In this document: one piece after another, positions 1 to 12,322 of the stretch
Position numbering within the stretch: the stretch's first letter is position 1
Layout of the letters: each line of letters starts with the position of its first letter
Source of the DNA: Selaginella moellendorffii
Lineage: Eukaryota; Plantae; Lycopodiophyta
Direction of reading: 5' to 3'
NCBI RefSeq assembly: GCF_000143415.4
Contig: NW_003314290.1
Coordinates: 1,788,454-1,852,453 of the forward strand
DNA length: 64,000 nucleotides
Translations under genes and position numbers: made by a program
The notes under the pieces: model-generated
What the model saw: the letters and a program-made list of their open reading frames with translations, nothing else
The model's database searches: none
What the model was told of the DNA's origin: nothing

Positions 1-3000
1 ATCAGCTGAATCGATAGCTCTGTTGAGTTTGGGTCCTGTTACGTGAAGGAATTAGACGCGACAATGCGGACTCCAGAGTGAAAATAGCTTACAAGTTCGA
101 AGCGGTAGATACTCTCGTCGTGGAGGAGAACGCACGTATTAGCATGGTACACGGGATCATAGAATCCACCCGGACCACGAGACTTCTCGTACGCATAAAG
201 CGCAAGAAGCTTAGTTGCGGTTTCATCCGCCGCGACGGCTTGCAGCTGCAACATCCAGAGTAAGGATCGGATGGCATGCAATCAGCAGATTACCTGTTTT
301 ACAAGCTTGTATATCAACTTATCCAGCGTGAATAGAACATATGATTGTGTTCCAATTATTGACCTGCACTCGTCCTCAAACTTCGCGTTGTCGGCCGTGC
401 CATCAAGGAGATCATAAAGGACACGCACAAACCTGGAGAGTTTATCATGAATTAATGCATGACAATTAGAAGGAGAGGTTACTTACTTTGCATATAAGTT
501 TGGAGGTGTGTTGTCCTTCAGCGACTTCCACTTTTGCTCCGCCGCAAGAGAATTTGTCTTCGCGGAGTGCATGCGCTCGTAAAAGGTCTGCGGCTCTGTG
601 TTAGCACAAGCAAGACTATATCAGAGTCTTTACCTGATGAAGTCTGAAGAGAATGTAGAACATGTCGTTCCCATAAAAGACTGTGCTGTCTTTCTGAGCG
701 TCCAGAGAGCCTGCATGAGATGCAAGCGGCTTGCAAAACACGGAAAACCGGTCGGGAGAAGAGATGCCGTCGGCGTCGGTGTTATCTGCATCCGCCATGC
801 CTTCACATTCGCTCTCAACCTTTTGTTCGTGTTCTTCATCTGCGTCCTCTTCTTCATCCTCGTCATGGTCATCCCGTGAACCATCGGGATCACCAGCATC
901 ACTGCCAGAGACTTCTTCACCTGCCTCTGAAGCGTTCTCATTTTCACTATCATCGCTAGACTTTTGTCCACTTTCTTCCCCCTCGTCACCACCATCTCCA
1001 TTGTGATCTACATCAGCGTCTGCATCACCTGAACCGTCTTTTCTCAGAACATTCTTTCCCTCGTTCCTCTCAGGTGATAGCTCCCCTTCCTCCCTCTCAC
1101 CCTTTCCATGAGCACTTGTTCTATGAGAAGATGTTGCATTCCTCGTTGTCTCCAACTCATGCTGCAAAATAATGTCAAATAAAGAAGAAAAAAACTAATT
1201 TATCCGCAGACCTCGTGCCTCGAAGAGCTTTTAGCCTCTGTAGCTGCCAAAAAAGAAAGAAAAAACAAGACAGCCTTAGGAACGGAACTTACCAACAAAA
1301 GCTAAAATTTACCATCTAAGCCGTCTTTCCTTTCAAGACTGGCTTCTCGTTGCATGGCAGCGTTGTCACCATGTCTTCCTTCCTCACCTTTACGTTTTCT
1401 TCTGGAGTCGTGCACAACTGAGTTTGCTACGGGCCGACTAGAAGCCGTTGCGCATTCTTCCTGAGCATTCTTTCCCTCGTTCGCTGGGCTCCCTGTTCCA
1501 CCACTTGCAGCACTTTCACCGGAGCTCGACTGTTCCTCTTTGGAGACACAATTCGCCCTCACCGCCTCCTCTGTATCGTCGGTGCCACGAGGTCGAGGTG
1601 GCACACCAAATAAAAGCTCCAGGGACATGGTCCATACACGCATTATTTTATCGGACTGCTCCATGGTGTTGCATACTTCGTCCGCAGAGTACTTCATGAT
1701 TTGGAACAAATCTTCGTGAATAGACGAGTCGGGATAGCCGAACTTCATATCGGGAGTAGGTAGCCTCTTGTTTCCCATTATCAAATGAAGAACAGACTCG
1801 TCTTCTTTCCTCTTCTTCTCGTGCACATCCTTGATTTCGGCAAGAAGTCCTGAAACCAACCGCAGCATGCTATGAGAAAAAACGAAAACAAGCAAAAAGA
1901 AGAATACCTTTAGAGCTCAAGCTCTTTTTGTCTTGCTGCTTGAAGTAGAAACTTCGATGATCTAGAGACTTGTGATAGTTTTTAGTATATACTTCTGCCC
2001 ACACTTTGTTCATGTCGGCTCGACACTTGGCCCATTCCTCCTCCTTTTGTCTGAGACGACAATGGACAACAGCAAGTACCGAAGATGCGTTCTTTCTCAT
2101 CAAATCGATTATATCAAGCCCATGATCGCCATATATTCTCTCGATACAGCGTAAGTTGATCGCTGCACCATAAATGTTGTAAGCTTTCTGAAACTAGATT
2201 TAAAAAATTGTACCTGACAGGTAATCGTCAATACGAATCGAAGGGTCTAATTGCCCGGAATCTAACTTCTCAACCAGCTCTCCAACACGTTTTGCGGTCA
2301 AGGCGGTTGATTCCAGGAGCATATCGAGCTCAAACCTGAATATCAGTATTAGAGAAGTTCAAAAGCATCTATAGCATGCCATACCGATCGTCTTCACAAC
2401 GAAATAGACTCTCTTCGTATTGGTTCCGTCGCATGTGTTTGAAAGAAGAATCCTCACTTCCAGAAGTTACAGACACCCAAGAGTCGTTTAAAACAGAATT
2501 CGCTAGCTCGTTACGATGGTTCGATGGTAGACGAGGGTACTGAAATGTTGCGTTAAGCACAAAAGGCAACAGGCAAATACAAGACTTACATTCTTTGGTA
2601 GCAGACGATAGCTTGGAGTGCATGTCTCGCAATTGGAAAGATCAAGTTCGGATATTGGTTTGTTCGTAAACTTGTCTTTGCTAGGCAGTAGAGACATTTT
2701 CTGGCCAGTCTTATCGGACGCATACCGCTCCTTATCCTTGTCTCTATCCTTCTCCCAGTCTTTTTCTCTGTCATGATCTTTATCTCGGCCTTTCGAGGCT
2801 ACACCTTCCGACTCCAATCCTGTCAAAGTACACAGATTAGAATGACACTGTCTGTACAAATGCAGCTTACTTCGAGCAAAAACACCACCCAAGCATCCCT
2901 CTGAAAGAGAGACGGAAAAAAAAAAAAAACTGAGTGATTGTGCAAGACACACAAACAAAACAGAAGAAAAAAAAACAAAAACAAAAACAACCGGGAAAGC

Positions 3001-4484
3001 CAACAAATACTTACCGGCGTTTTCACCTTGAAGAAAGTTGTTGAAGCCTTCCAGAAGATCAGGATGCTTTCCTAAAATGTCTGTAGCCTATACAACACAA
3101 GCACAACACCAGGTTAGGCAAATTTGTATGATGGTATAAAGTAACTTACAAATGAATGCAACTCTCCACGATTGATAATCTGCTCGGTATACAGATTAAT
3201 AATCTTAATCAGCTCTTTGTACGAATCACGATTTCGCAGCCTTCCTTTAACCTTTTCAAAAAACGCATAATCTATCTGTGTGCTTGTACCTGAATAGAGA
3301 GTGAATTACTGGCAAAACAAATCGCAAGTTTCTTACCTTCCGCGGTTTGAGATTGCTTTCGGATAAGTTCATCGGCTCTCCGAGCTGATTTTCGTTTGTG
3401 CGGCAAGCGTTGTCCATCTAAATCGTCCCGATCCAAATCCTCTTTGTCCCTGTCTCTCTCGTGCTCATCATTCCGATCTCTCTCTCTCTCAAGTTTTCTT
3501 CGGTGCTCCTTCTCAGCTTTGAGAGATGAACGTTCTGTCTCCTTCTGAACAGAGAAATTTTCAGAAAGAACGAAAGCACACACGCGAGTTTCACCTTAAT
3601 CACAGGATACTGAGATGATCGGCCTGAAGGACCCTTTTCCTCTTTCCGTTGGTTGGATGTTCCTTGTCTAAAGGACGTCTGAACAGCGTTTCCTGTGTCC
3701 GGAAGAAACCGAGTGAACTCGTCCAGCAAATCCGGATGGTCACGAAATAATGAAGCAACCTACACATTGCAATTTATCACATTGCAAGAGATGGAATGAA
3801 CAAGCTTTACCTCGTCATATACTTCATTGATCGATTTCGTGCCCTTGCGGTACTTATTCAAAATTTCCAAAAAAGCTTTGTACACATGTTCATTGTCGTT
3901 GAAGCGGTTCTGCGCCACAGCAGCGAACGAGCTTAAAACACATGGGCCAAAAAAAAAGAGAACAATACCTTGATTTTGTTGACAAAATTAATAGCCTGAT
4001 CGAACTCCACAGGCTGTTTCTTCTCCTCGGGAAGTACTATTTGATAATTCTTAGGCAAGAACGTGTTGAAGCCAAGAATGAGCTTGTTGTGACCCTTAAA
4101 CAGGTCTTTCACCTTGGCGATAACACCAGACGTATCGATCCTTCACAATCAAAGAACCACAAACATCAGATCGCGTCCCAAAACCCATAAATCCACCGAG
4201 AAACCAACCTTTGCGCCTTGAAGTCTTTCATGACCTCAAGAAACTCGGCATACTTCCCATTGTCATCTTTAAACTTCTCCTTGACCGCCTTGAGATAGAG
4301 CATGGCATCCTCGGTTGTGAGGCGTGGCTGCTCCGACCTGAGACGAACAGGGAAAAAAAGTTAAAAAAAACATCCATGAAGAACACCCAAATCTGAAACA
4401 AGAAGAGGGGAGCGGCACTTACGATTCACCAGCCGTGCGCTTGAGCTGTGGCCCGGATGTACTATCTTCCCTAGCACGCTTCAT
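1..4484 (-). CDS. SNL: SIN3-like paired amphipathic helix corepressor, multi-exon, 3' end runs off the left edge
   Basis: ATG at 4484 ([16 protein letters not shown]). PAH exons ([40 protein letters not shown]), HDAC-interacting region ([50 protein letters not shown]) and Sin3 C-terminus ([15 protein letters not shown]). Short GT-AG introns. Confidence 0.95.
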
Positions 4485-5074
4485 GCTTGATACCTTCCTA
4501 GTGACAATGCCTGTGCTTGCGCATGCTTAGGGAGCTGGCGCCCCCCAGCCCCGAGAACCAGAATGCCAAAATTGATCGATTGCGCGGGTCGAAACACAGC
4601 CACAATGAAGGGAGCGCTGCCACTGCAATCACCGGAATCAAATCGGCCAGATGCAAGAAAAGGAGCGCCCAATCCAGGATCTCCCCGCGCCTTTCGAGCC
4701 GAAGCTACGCCCTGGCAGCCGGGGCTCAGCGAGGGCCAAGGAGGAAATTTCCCAACACCAGAAATCTGGCCAGACCTGTGACAGCCGCGCGCCGCGGATT
4801 TAGCTCCAAGCTCCAAGACCGCATCAAGCGCGCCCCGGCGCCGCGAGCGATACTCGGTTCGTCGCGCTCGTCACTGATCCTTGCGTCTCTCCCGTTTTGA
4901 AATACCTAAACCAAAACCACAACAATGAACACGTCGCCCAATGGAGAGGCGGGTTTGCAATTTTATGTTCTTTACATCCAAGGCGAATGGTTTAACCACG
5001 ACTGTGTGGTTTTGGCGATGGGTTAACCCTCTGGGTGGTTAAAGCTGACGTGGACGGGTGACGTGTCACCCCCC

Positions 5075-5218
5075 GTCGCGGGCTCGACTCCGGTCCCTTC
5101 ACGAAAACACCAAACGCGTCGCGGTTCGAATCGCCTTCCCGTGTTTAGCCGGGTCGCGGGTTCGAATCCGGCCCACTCCCAAAAAATCCAGGCGCGTCGC
5201 GGTTCGAATCGCCTTCCC
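5075..5218. repeat. Two-unit tandem repeat (period 78 bp) with four B-box/T-loop-like motifs
   Basis: gtcgcggg...cgcgtcgcggttcgaatcgccttccc at 5075-5140 and 5153-5218. GG(T/C)TCGA(A/C)TC at 5081, 5123, 5159 and 5201. Confidence 0.8.
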
Positions 5219-6219
5219 TGCCAACCGAGTTTAACACCTCGAGCTTATCGTTGTGAGAGTGCGTGAAGCCAATGCGACGTTCTTCCTCCACGGTCTCTTT
5301 GCTGCGAAACGCGATCACCCAAGCTCTCCTCCAGCTATCCGAGCTGACATTGCCACTGGATCCATGGAGCAAGCGTTCGTGGTGGACGGTCACGTCGCCC
5401 CGGCGGATCTCCATGGCTTTTGGAGCATCGGCTGGCGCGAGAGTAGCGAATAGAGTGTGGGATTTCTCGCGATCGCCGTGAGCCGGGCCGTGGTCGCGGA
5501 GCTGCTGCTCGAGGTGTGTTCCTGGGACGAATTGCAAGCAGCCATTCTGGATAGTGGAGTCGTCTATGGCGAGCCAGAAGGAGGCGGTCCTGGTGTCCTT
5601 GGTCACTGGCCAGTAGGCTAGATCTTGGTGCCTGGAAGAAACCATGACGAGCACAGTGATGGAGAACTTGGGCGATCTTACCACTTGAATACGGCGTCCG
5701 GCTTGTTTGGAGGCTTTGCGAGGAGTTGATCGTAGTCGAAGACCATGCCATCGCCCAGGAGTTGCTGTGAAATCGAGGCGGCTCTCCGCTGGTAGATGTT
5801 TCCTTTGAGAGAGGGATTGTATCTGGAAGAGGAGATGGATCACTCATCGATCTATCATCTATCGATAAGAATAAACGAAAGTTCTTACTTGGAAGGAAGC
5901 ATGATGTTGATGATCGAGAAGCTCTCCACTGGCTTGGAGTAATCCGCGGACATGTCGCAGAAATCCCGCCCTTCCACGCGAATCTCACGCCTCAGGAACG
6001 CCATGAATTCACGCTCGAGCTGCGCGATCTCATCCTCCGCCAAGACTCCCTAATCCGGAGAGAGATCAATCCATCGAATCGATCGAATGGAGCTCTTACC
6101 TGGAGATGCACGTAGCCATCGCGGTGAAATGCCGCGATTTCTTCCTCGCTAACGCGGTAAGAATCCCCTTGGCGCCTTTCCCACGCAATGCCATCATTTT
6201 CTTGAGGAACCCTAGCCAT
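5145..6219 (-). CDS. Phytanoyl-CoA dioxygenase (PhyH)-family 2-oxoglutarate/Fe(II) dioxygenase, multi-exon
   Basis: EEIAAFHRDGYVHL; HQD Fe-binding motif (HQDLAYWP); FWLAIDDSTIQNGCLQFVPGTH; GDVTVHHERLLHGS...RRA. Confidence 0.88.
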
Positions 6220-6256
6220 GGAGGTTTAGGGCTCTTCGATTTCCTTGTATTCCAGA

Positions 6257-7320
6257 ATGGAAGCGGGCGTTCCAAGCGCCAAGAAAGCCCGGCGGCTTCC
6301 CGAGGTCCTCCTCCCAACAGTGCCATCGCAATCCATGGTAGGTCTCGTGAAATCCAAGCAGCAGCAGCAGCAGCTACCGATGATCCAGCCCTTCCAATTC
6401 CAGCCGCCGCCGCCGCAAGAACGCAAGCGATCGATGCTCACGCCGGCGCCTCCTCAGGGAGCCCCGATCTATCACTTCTACCAGCACCAAATCCAGCAGC
6501 AGCAGCAGCAGCAGCTCCATCGAATTCCCTCCCAGAATCTCCAGCAGCCTCCCGTTCCAAGACGAATCCACAAAAGAATCGAAGAGTTCCACGACGACAG
6601 AGAGCCGCCCTCGAATCCTCCATGGGCCACCGCCCCCGCCGCGATGCCTCTCCCGGTATCTCTCACCATGCCGCTCCATGCGCTCTCGCCAACGAGCTAC
6701 GCGGCCGCCATAGCTTCCCCGCCACCTCCTCCAAACGCTGGCCCGGTACGACGAGTGGGATCAAAGCGAGCTCCAGCGCCAGCGACGGAAGATTGGAGAT
6801 TTGCCAATGGTGGCGGTATGAATTTCATGGCAGGGCCGCCGCCACCGCCGCCACCTCCGCCAGGAGCTCTCGCTAGCGGTCCTGGAGGATTCTTGGTATC
6901 GCCGGCTAGCTTTGCGGGACCGGTTAGCGTGTCCGTGGCTGGAGGGGCGTCGCAAAGGATGTCTTCCACACCAAGTCCTCGGCTCTCTCCCGTGACTACT
7001 ACGAGCACTGCCAATCCTGCTAGAGGTAAACAATGTGTTCTAGCGCTCCAAAGTTTTATTCCTTGGTGTTCTAACGTTTCTTTTTCCAGCTGCTGCGATT
7101 GAGAAGAGAAGATCCAAGCTCAAACAAGTGTCCGCTGCTTACCACCTGGAGTTGGAGTCTCAGTGCCAAAAACTACTGCTCCTCCAGCGCGAGTGCCGAG
7201 ATGTAAGTTAGTCTCTTTCAAGACTCCATTGTGTTGTTGTGATCTAACTCCAAGATGGCCAGAGCGATTGTACTGCTGCTGCTGCTGCTCGAGATGTTTC
7301 GGGTATCGCAGTGTGAGTGA
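6257..7320 (+). CDS. Gln/Pro-rich protein of unknown function with a C-terminal helical segment
   Basis: ATG at 6257 (MEAGVPSAKKARR); poly-Q and poly-P exon. GT-AG introns at 7026-7089 and 7203-7254 keep the frame (AAAIEKRRSKLKQVSAAYHLELESQCQKLL). Last exon is uncertain. Confidence 0.6.
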
Positions 7321-7348
7321 ACGACGAGCTTCCGGGTTTCTAGATTTT

Positions 7349-10009
7349 CTACTTCCCCCACATCACCGCGTCAATCTCGTCTCGGGCGTTTTTGTACAGC
7401 TCCAAGCGCTTTGCCAGTGCGACTCTCCGCTCCATCAATGCGGGGTCTTCGTCGAGCATTTGGAGGAGCTGCTTCTCCTGTGCCATTAAAGAGGGTGTCA
7501 CGATCGGCCGGCCAATAAAGCGATCTACACGACGTGTTACCTCTTTTTTGCCAACTTGAGTATAGAAAGTATCCAGCAATGTGCGCTTGGCTTCACGCAC
7601 TTGACAGTGTACTACTGCCTTTGGAATGGAATGCCGCAAGGTTTCACATACGATCATAATGTAAGAGGTTACGTGAGACCCTGGAAAGATAGAACTGGTA
7701 AGCTTTTGAGACCAGAGAAAACGGCAAAGAGAACTCTACCAATCTTGCGGAGATGAGCTTCGGTGTAGCGATCAGCAGTCGGGGCGGAGGGATTCCCTCC
7801 CTTTTCCAGCTCTGGTGGAAGCTTGCGAAAGTACTCCACAGTCAAGTAGCTGGCTTCCATGTCCACCAGTCTGAGGACAAACTTTCGGCTCTCGTCCCGG
7901 AATCTTTCTAGTGCCTCGGTCGTGGCAGCAGCTAACTCGGCTTGGAGCGTTGGAAAACGCTTCAGTTCCTGAGATAAAAAAACTGACAGTGATGCAGAGC
8001 TGAAAGAGTACTTACTTGAGTTTCCGCAATTGCTTTCCTTACGAGCTCTTTCAACACGGAATGTACCTGCACGAGATTTATCAGTTAAGATCCAGCATGA
8101 AGTTTTGGCATACCGCATCCACAACCGCCTCTGCTGGCCCTCTGAAAAGGCCCAGTGTCCCTTCGATAAGGCGTCTATATCCTTGTTCCGGAGCGATCAG
8201 GTGTGGCTGGTATCCATCGGCCTCCGTTACAATCTTTCTCACGTTTTGCATGGATAGATGCTTGTCGACTGGTAGTTTCTTGAGAGCGGCAGGAAGTTGA
8301 TTGTCAAACACGACATAGATGCGCTCACCGCCAGGCCTTCTGCAAGGATCTGTAAGAATAACTGACTTTTGTAAAAATAATATTACCCTCCATCCAAGTG
8401 AGCTTTGAAAACGTGATCGAAGGCGCGGCAAAGCTCCAAAATCGTGTACAGTTGCGCCTGAAAGAGATAATAGCCGAGTAAGAACTTACGCATGAGCAAA
8501 CACGGTGGAACCATACTCCGGCATCGTGGGAGATCGGCCGCCCGAGCTGATTCAGTTCCTGTTCTAGTTCATCAATACTCTTGTTTATCAACGCCAGAAT
8601 GCTCGGCAGGCGAGTTTTGATCACAGTTTCAAGGTGCTGCGACAAGTAAAAACAATGTCAGAAGTCAGTTGCACATGACACGAAAACCGCACCTTGGAGA
8701 GCATTTTTGCTAAATACTCCGATCCCATACGGTTTGCCAAGTGTCCATAGTCAGGGCTGCTTGCAAAAAACTCGCGTTCCTTTTTTCGCGCTGCTATCAT
8801 GTCCACGCTTTTGTTAATATCGGCTTGCGAACGATTGACAACGCCAACCCACTGAAACTGTAAACGATACGCACGACCTTCCAGAACCTGCGAGAAGCAC
8901 GATATTCTCCGATTATCCCAAGTAAAGAAAATCGATAACCTCGAGAGCGTTTGTACCCTTGTCCATGAGGTCAAGTTTTGTCAGCACTCCAAAAGTTCGT
9001 TCGCCTGTCTAACAGATTTGTGGCATTCACAACTAAATACGAGAGCATGAACTCATACCTGTTGGATCAACTTCTTTCGCCAGTTTCATGGCATCAGAAG
9101 TAGCAATGTCTTGGTTTGCTGGAGAGATGGCTAGAATGATGCTGTTTTGCTGTACGACTGTCTCAAGTAAACAATTTGGAAAGTCAGTGAACACTAGCAT
9201 ACCTTTTCGACATAAGATCGGACCATATTTTCAATGTCTGCCACTATGCTATCCGGTTGACCCTCTGTAGCGAAAAAACACGTATAAGAAGGCACATCAT
9301 CTTAGAAAAAGAAATGCACTTGCCGACAGCAATTTTAGTCAATCCGGGCAAATCAATGAGAGTCAGGTTGACAACTGAATAGACAAACCACGGCATTGAA
9401 AACTTCACAGGATGAGAAAGACAAGTACCATTTGGAGAGTAGATGCTCAAATGAATAGGTACTGGTGATATTTGCTTCGTATGGCCAGTCATTCTGTCAG
9501 TCTCATCCTCGATCTCCTTCCTCACAAGTGCTGCCAGGGAACTAAAATAAGGAAATAAATTTCCAAAAGCTTGTTTGGAAGATTGGAAACTTACAAAAGT
9601 CCGAGAACTTGGTCTTCGGGTTATGCAGAAACTCCGCATACTCCTGGCCACCCTCTGTTTTGTGGAGCTGGAGCACCAAAGGCCTCCTGGTAACAATGCC
9701 TACGTAGCAAACGCTGATAAGATCCAGATTCTTTGTGGTTCTTTGCTTTTTCTTGTGATTACCTGATCCTCTGGGAAGAAAGTCGCGGCCGACGACGCTT
9801 TCCAGCACAGATGATTTGCCCGAGCTCTGATTGCTGTCAAGATTCAGAAGAAAGAGATAAAAAGAAGCCCTGGCATTTACCTGACCTCCAACAACAGCCA
9901 CGGACGGGAGCGATTCCCACAGCGTCGGCATGGAGTGATCGCCTCCATAATCTCCGAGCACAGTGCACGCCCTCTGGATCTTGTTCACGAGCCCGATCAA
10001 GCTCTCCAT
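7349..10009 (-). CDS. DRP1: Dynamin-related protein 1 (phragmoplastin-type DRP1)
   Basis: [20 protein letters not shown]; G1 GGQSSGKSS; [14 protein letters not shown]; DLPG; TKLD; GED domain ending [18 protein letters not shown]. Confidence 0.97.
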
Positions 10010-10157
10010 CGCGCAAACAAGAATGCCCCAAAAATCACATGAGCCCTAAATTTCAAAAAGCGAGGGAAAAAGTAGCCTTTTAAAAAAGACACCACTGCCA
10101 CGTGGCGCTCTCTCTATCGTTGGAGTTGCCCTCACAACAGGCATTAAAAGTTTGTCA

Positions 10158-11159
10158 ATGGCGTCCCAGGAGATCGCCAGGGAATTCCCCGATGGAGTGT
10201 TCTTCGTGGATCGATCCTTTGCTCGCAAATCGATGCCCAAATTCCTGAGAGTTCCAGCAAATCCCAGCGCCAGTCCAATCGCCTCAAGGGACGCGGTGAT
10301 CGACGAGGAGCACGGCATTTGGGCGAGGATCTTTCTCCCCACCGATCAAGCCCAAGGTAAGGGCGAGGGCGATTCTTCCAAGCTCCCAGTAGTGCTTTTC
10401 TTCCACGGCGGGGGATTCGTGACCTTGTCCGCCGATTTCTGCGTCTTCCATGTCCTCTGCTCGAGCATCGCCGAGAAACTGGGAGCCCTCGTGATTGGCG
10501 TGAACTACAGGCTAGCTCCCGAGAATCGGCTCCCGGCAGCATACGAGGATGGATTCGCGGCGCTCAAGTGGCTCGCGGACGAGCAGGGTGGGCGCAGAGA
10601 TCCATGGCTCGCTTCCCATGCCGATCTGTCCAAGATCCTGGTGATGGGCGATAGCGCCGGGGGAAATCTCGCGCACCATGTCACAGTGCGAGCAGCAGTG
10701 GAGGATTTGGGCGAGATGCGGATCATGGGACAGGTCTTGATCCAGCCATTCTTTGGCGGGATTGCTCGGTTCCCATCCGAGACCAAGCCCCAACCGCCCA
10801 ATTCGACGCTCACGACGGATCTGAGCGATCAATTGTGGGAGCTCGCGCTGCCAATCGGAGCGAGCAGGGATCACCCGTACTGCCATGTCGTTGCGCCGGA
10901 TCTCAAAGCCCAGCTGCGCGAAATCGAAGCTCTGCCCAAGGCCTTGGTCGTCGCTGGCAGCGAGGACGTTCTGTGCGATCGCGTGGTGGAATTCGCGGAG
11001 GTGATGCGAGAGTGTGGAAAGGATCTTGAGCTCCTGGTCGTCGAGAATGCCGGTCACGCCTTCTACATTGTTCCAGAGTCCGAGAAAACCGCCCAGCTTC
11101 TCGAGAAAATATCTGCATTCGTCCATGGTTTAATCCCAAAGATTAATTCCAAGGTTTAG
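10158..11159 (+). CDS. Carboxylesterase (CXE, HSL/GID1-like alpha/beta hydrolase), copy 1
   Basis: Intronless; HGGGF, YRLAPENRLP, GDSAGG, catalytic Asp (EDVL) and His (NAGHAF). Confidence 0.93.
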   Translation: MASQEIAREFPDGVFFVDRSFARKSMPKFLRVPANPSASPIASRDAVIDEEHGIWARIFLPTDQAQGKGEGDSSKLPVVLFFHGGGFVTLSADFCVFHVLCSSIAEKLGALVIGVNYRLAPENRLPAAYEDGFAALKWLADEQGGRRDPWLASHADLSKILVMGDSAGGNLAHHVTVRAAVEDLGEMRIMGQVLIQPFFGGIARFPSETKPQPPNSTLTTDLSDQLWELALPIGASRDHPYCHVVAPDLKAQLREIEALPKALVVAGSEDVLCDRVVEFAEVMRECGKDLELLVVENAGHAFYIVPESEKTAQLLEKISAFVHGLIPKINSKV

Positions 11160-11219
11160 AAATTGGCTGGCATAAGCAATCTCACCGTATTCCATCTCCT
11201 CAAGGTCCACGCGCCATGG

Positions 11220-11292
11220 TATCGCCGTCTTTAAAGAAAAGTATCCCTATAAGTCCGTGATATCGCCGTCTTTAAAAAAAAGTATCCCTATA
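11220..11292. repeat. Short direct repeat (2 x 32 bp) upstream of CXE copy 2
   Basis: tatcgccgtctttaaa(g/a)aaaagtatccctata at 11220-11251 and 11261-11292. Confidence 0.8.
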
Positions 11293-11305
11293 GCATCTTT
11301 TAACA

Positions 11306-12259
11306 ATGGCGCCCAAAGTTGCTATGGAATTCCCGGATGGAGTGTTCTTCGCTGATCGATCCTTTGCTCGTAGATCCATGCCAAAATCTCTCTGCGTCGA
11401 GGCAAATCCCGGCGCCCATCCAATCGCCTCGCGAGACGTGATCATCGACGAGGAGCGCGGCCTCTGGGCGAGGATCTTCCTCCCTGCCGATCAAGTGATC
11501 CACCACTCCAGGCAAGTTCCAGTAGCGTTCTACTTCCATGGCGGCGGATTCGTGTGCTTCACCGCCGATACCATGGAGTACCACGTCCTCTGCGAGCTCC
11601 TCGCCAAGAAAATGGGCGCGATCGTGATCTCGGTCAACTATCGGCTAGCTCCCGAGAATCGGCTCCCCGCGGCGTACCACGATGGATTCGCGGCGCTCAA
11701 GTGGCTCGCTCAAGAGCAAGGAGGGCGCAAGGATCCTTGGCTTGCCGCTCACGCCGATCTCTCCAAGACCTTGCTCGTGGGCGACAGCTCTGGCGCGAAT
11801 CTCGTCCACCATGTGCTCCCGATGCTTGCGGCGGCCGAGGATCCGGCCATGAGCGATATCCAGGTCGTGGGCACCGTCCTGATCCAGCCTTTCTTTGGCG
11901 GCGTCGCTCGGGTTCCATCCGAGACCAAGCACCGGTCGCCCACTCCGCTAATCAGCACGGATATGTGCGATCGATTCTGGGAGCTCGCGTTGCCGATTGG
12001 GGCCGACAGAGATCATCCCTACTGCCGCGTAGCAGCGCCAGATCACCCCCTGCCCAAGACCCTCATCGTCGCGGGCGGCGAGGACGTGCTCTGCGATCGA
12101 GCAAAGGAATTCATGGAGACAATGGGAGGTTCTAGCAAGGATCTCGAGCTCCTGGTGATCGAGAACGCTGCACACGCCTTCTACATCGCTCTGGAATCCC
12201 AGGAAACGGCTCACTTCCTCGACAAGGTAGCTACATTCGCCCAAGGTATATTCGCTTAG
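11306..12259 (+). CDS. Carboxylesterase (CXE), copy 2, tandem paralogue of copy 1
   Basis: HGGGF, GDSSG, EDVL, NAAHAF; collinear with 10158-11159. Confidence 0.93.
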   Translation: MAPKVAMEFPDGVFFADRSFARRSMPKSLCVEANPGAHPIASRDVIIDEERGLWARIFLPADQVIHHSRQVPVAFYFHGGGFVCFTADTMEYHVLCELLAKKMGAIVISVNYRLAPENRLPAAYHDGFAALKWLAQEQGGRKDPWLAAHADLSKTLLVGDSSGANLVHHVLPMLAAAEDPAMSDIQVVGTVLIQPFFGGVARVPSETKHRSPTPLISTDMCDRFWELALPIGADRDHPYCRVAAPDHPLPKTLIVAGGEDVLCDRAKEFMETMGGSSKDLELLVIENAAHAFYIALESQETAHFLDKVATFAQGIFA

Positions 12260-12322
12260 CCCTAAAAGTATTATCTGTCCGTACATAAAATAAAGCTTTA
12301 TCCGTACTGCAAGTTCACGCAT

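Noticed and set aside
5140-5185. tRNA gene
   Set aside because: Only a T-arm-like 3' half is visible; no D-arm, anticodon arm or paired acceptor stem.
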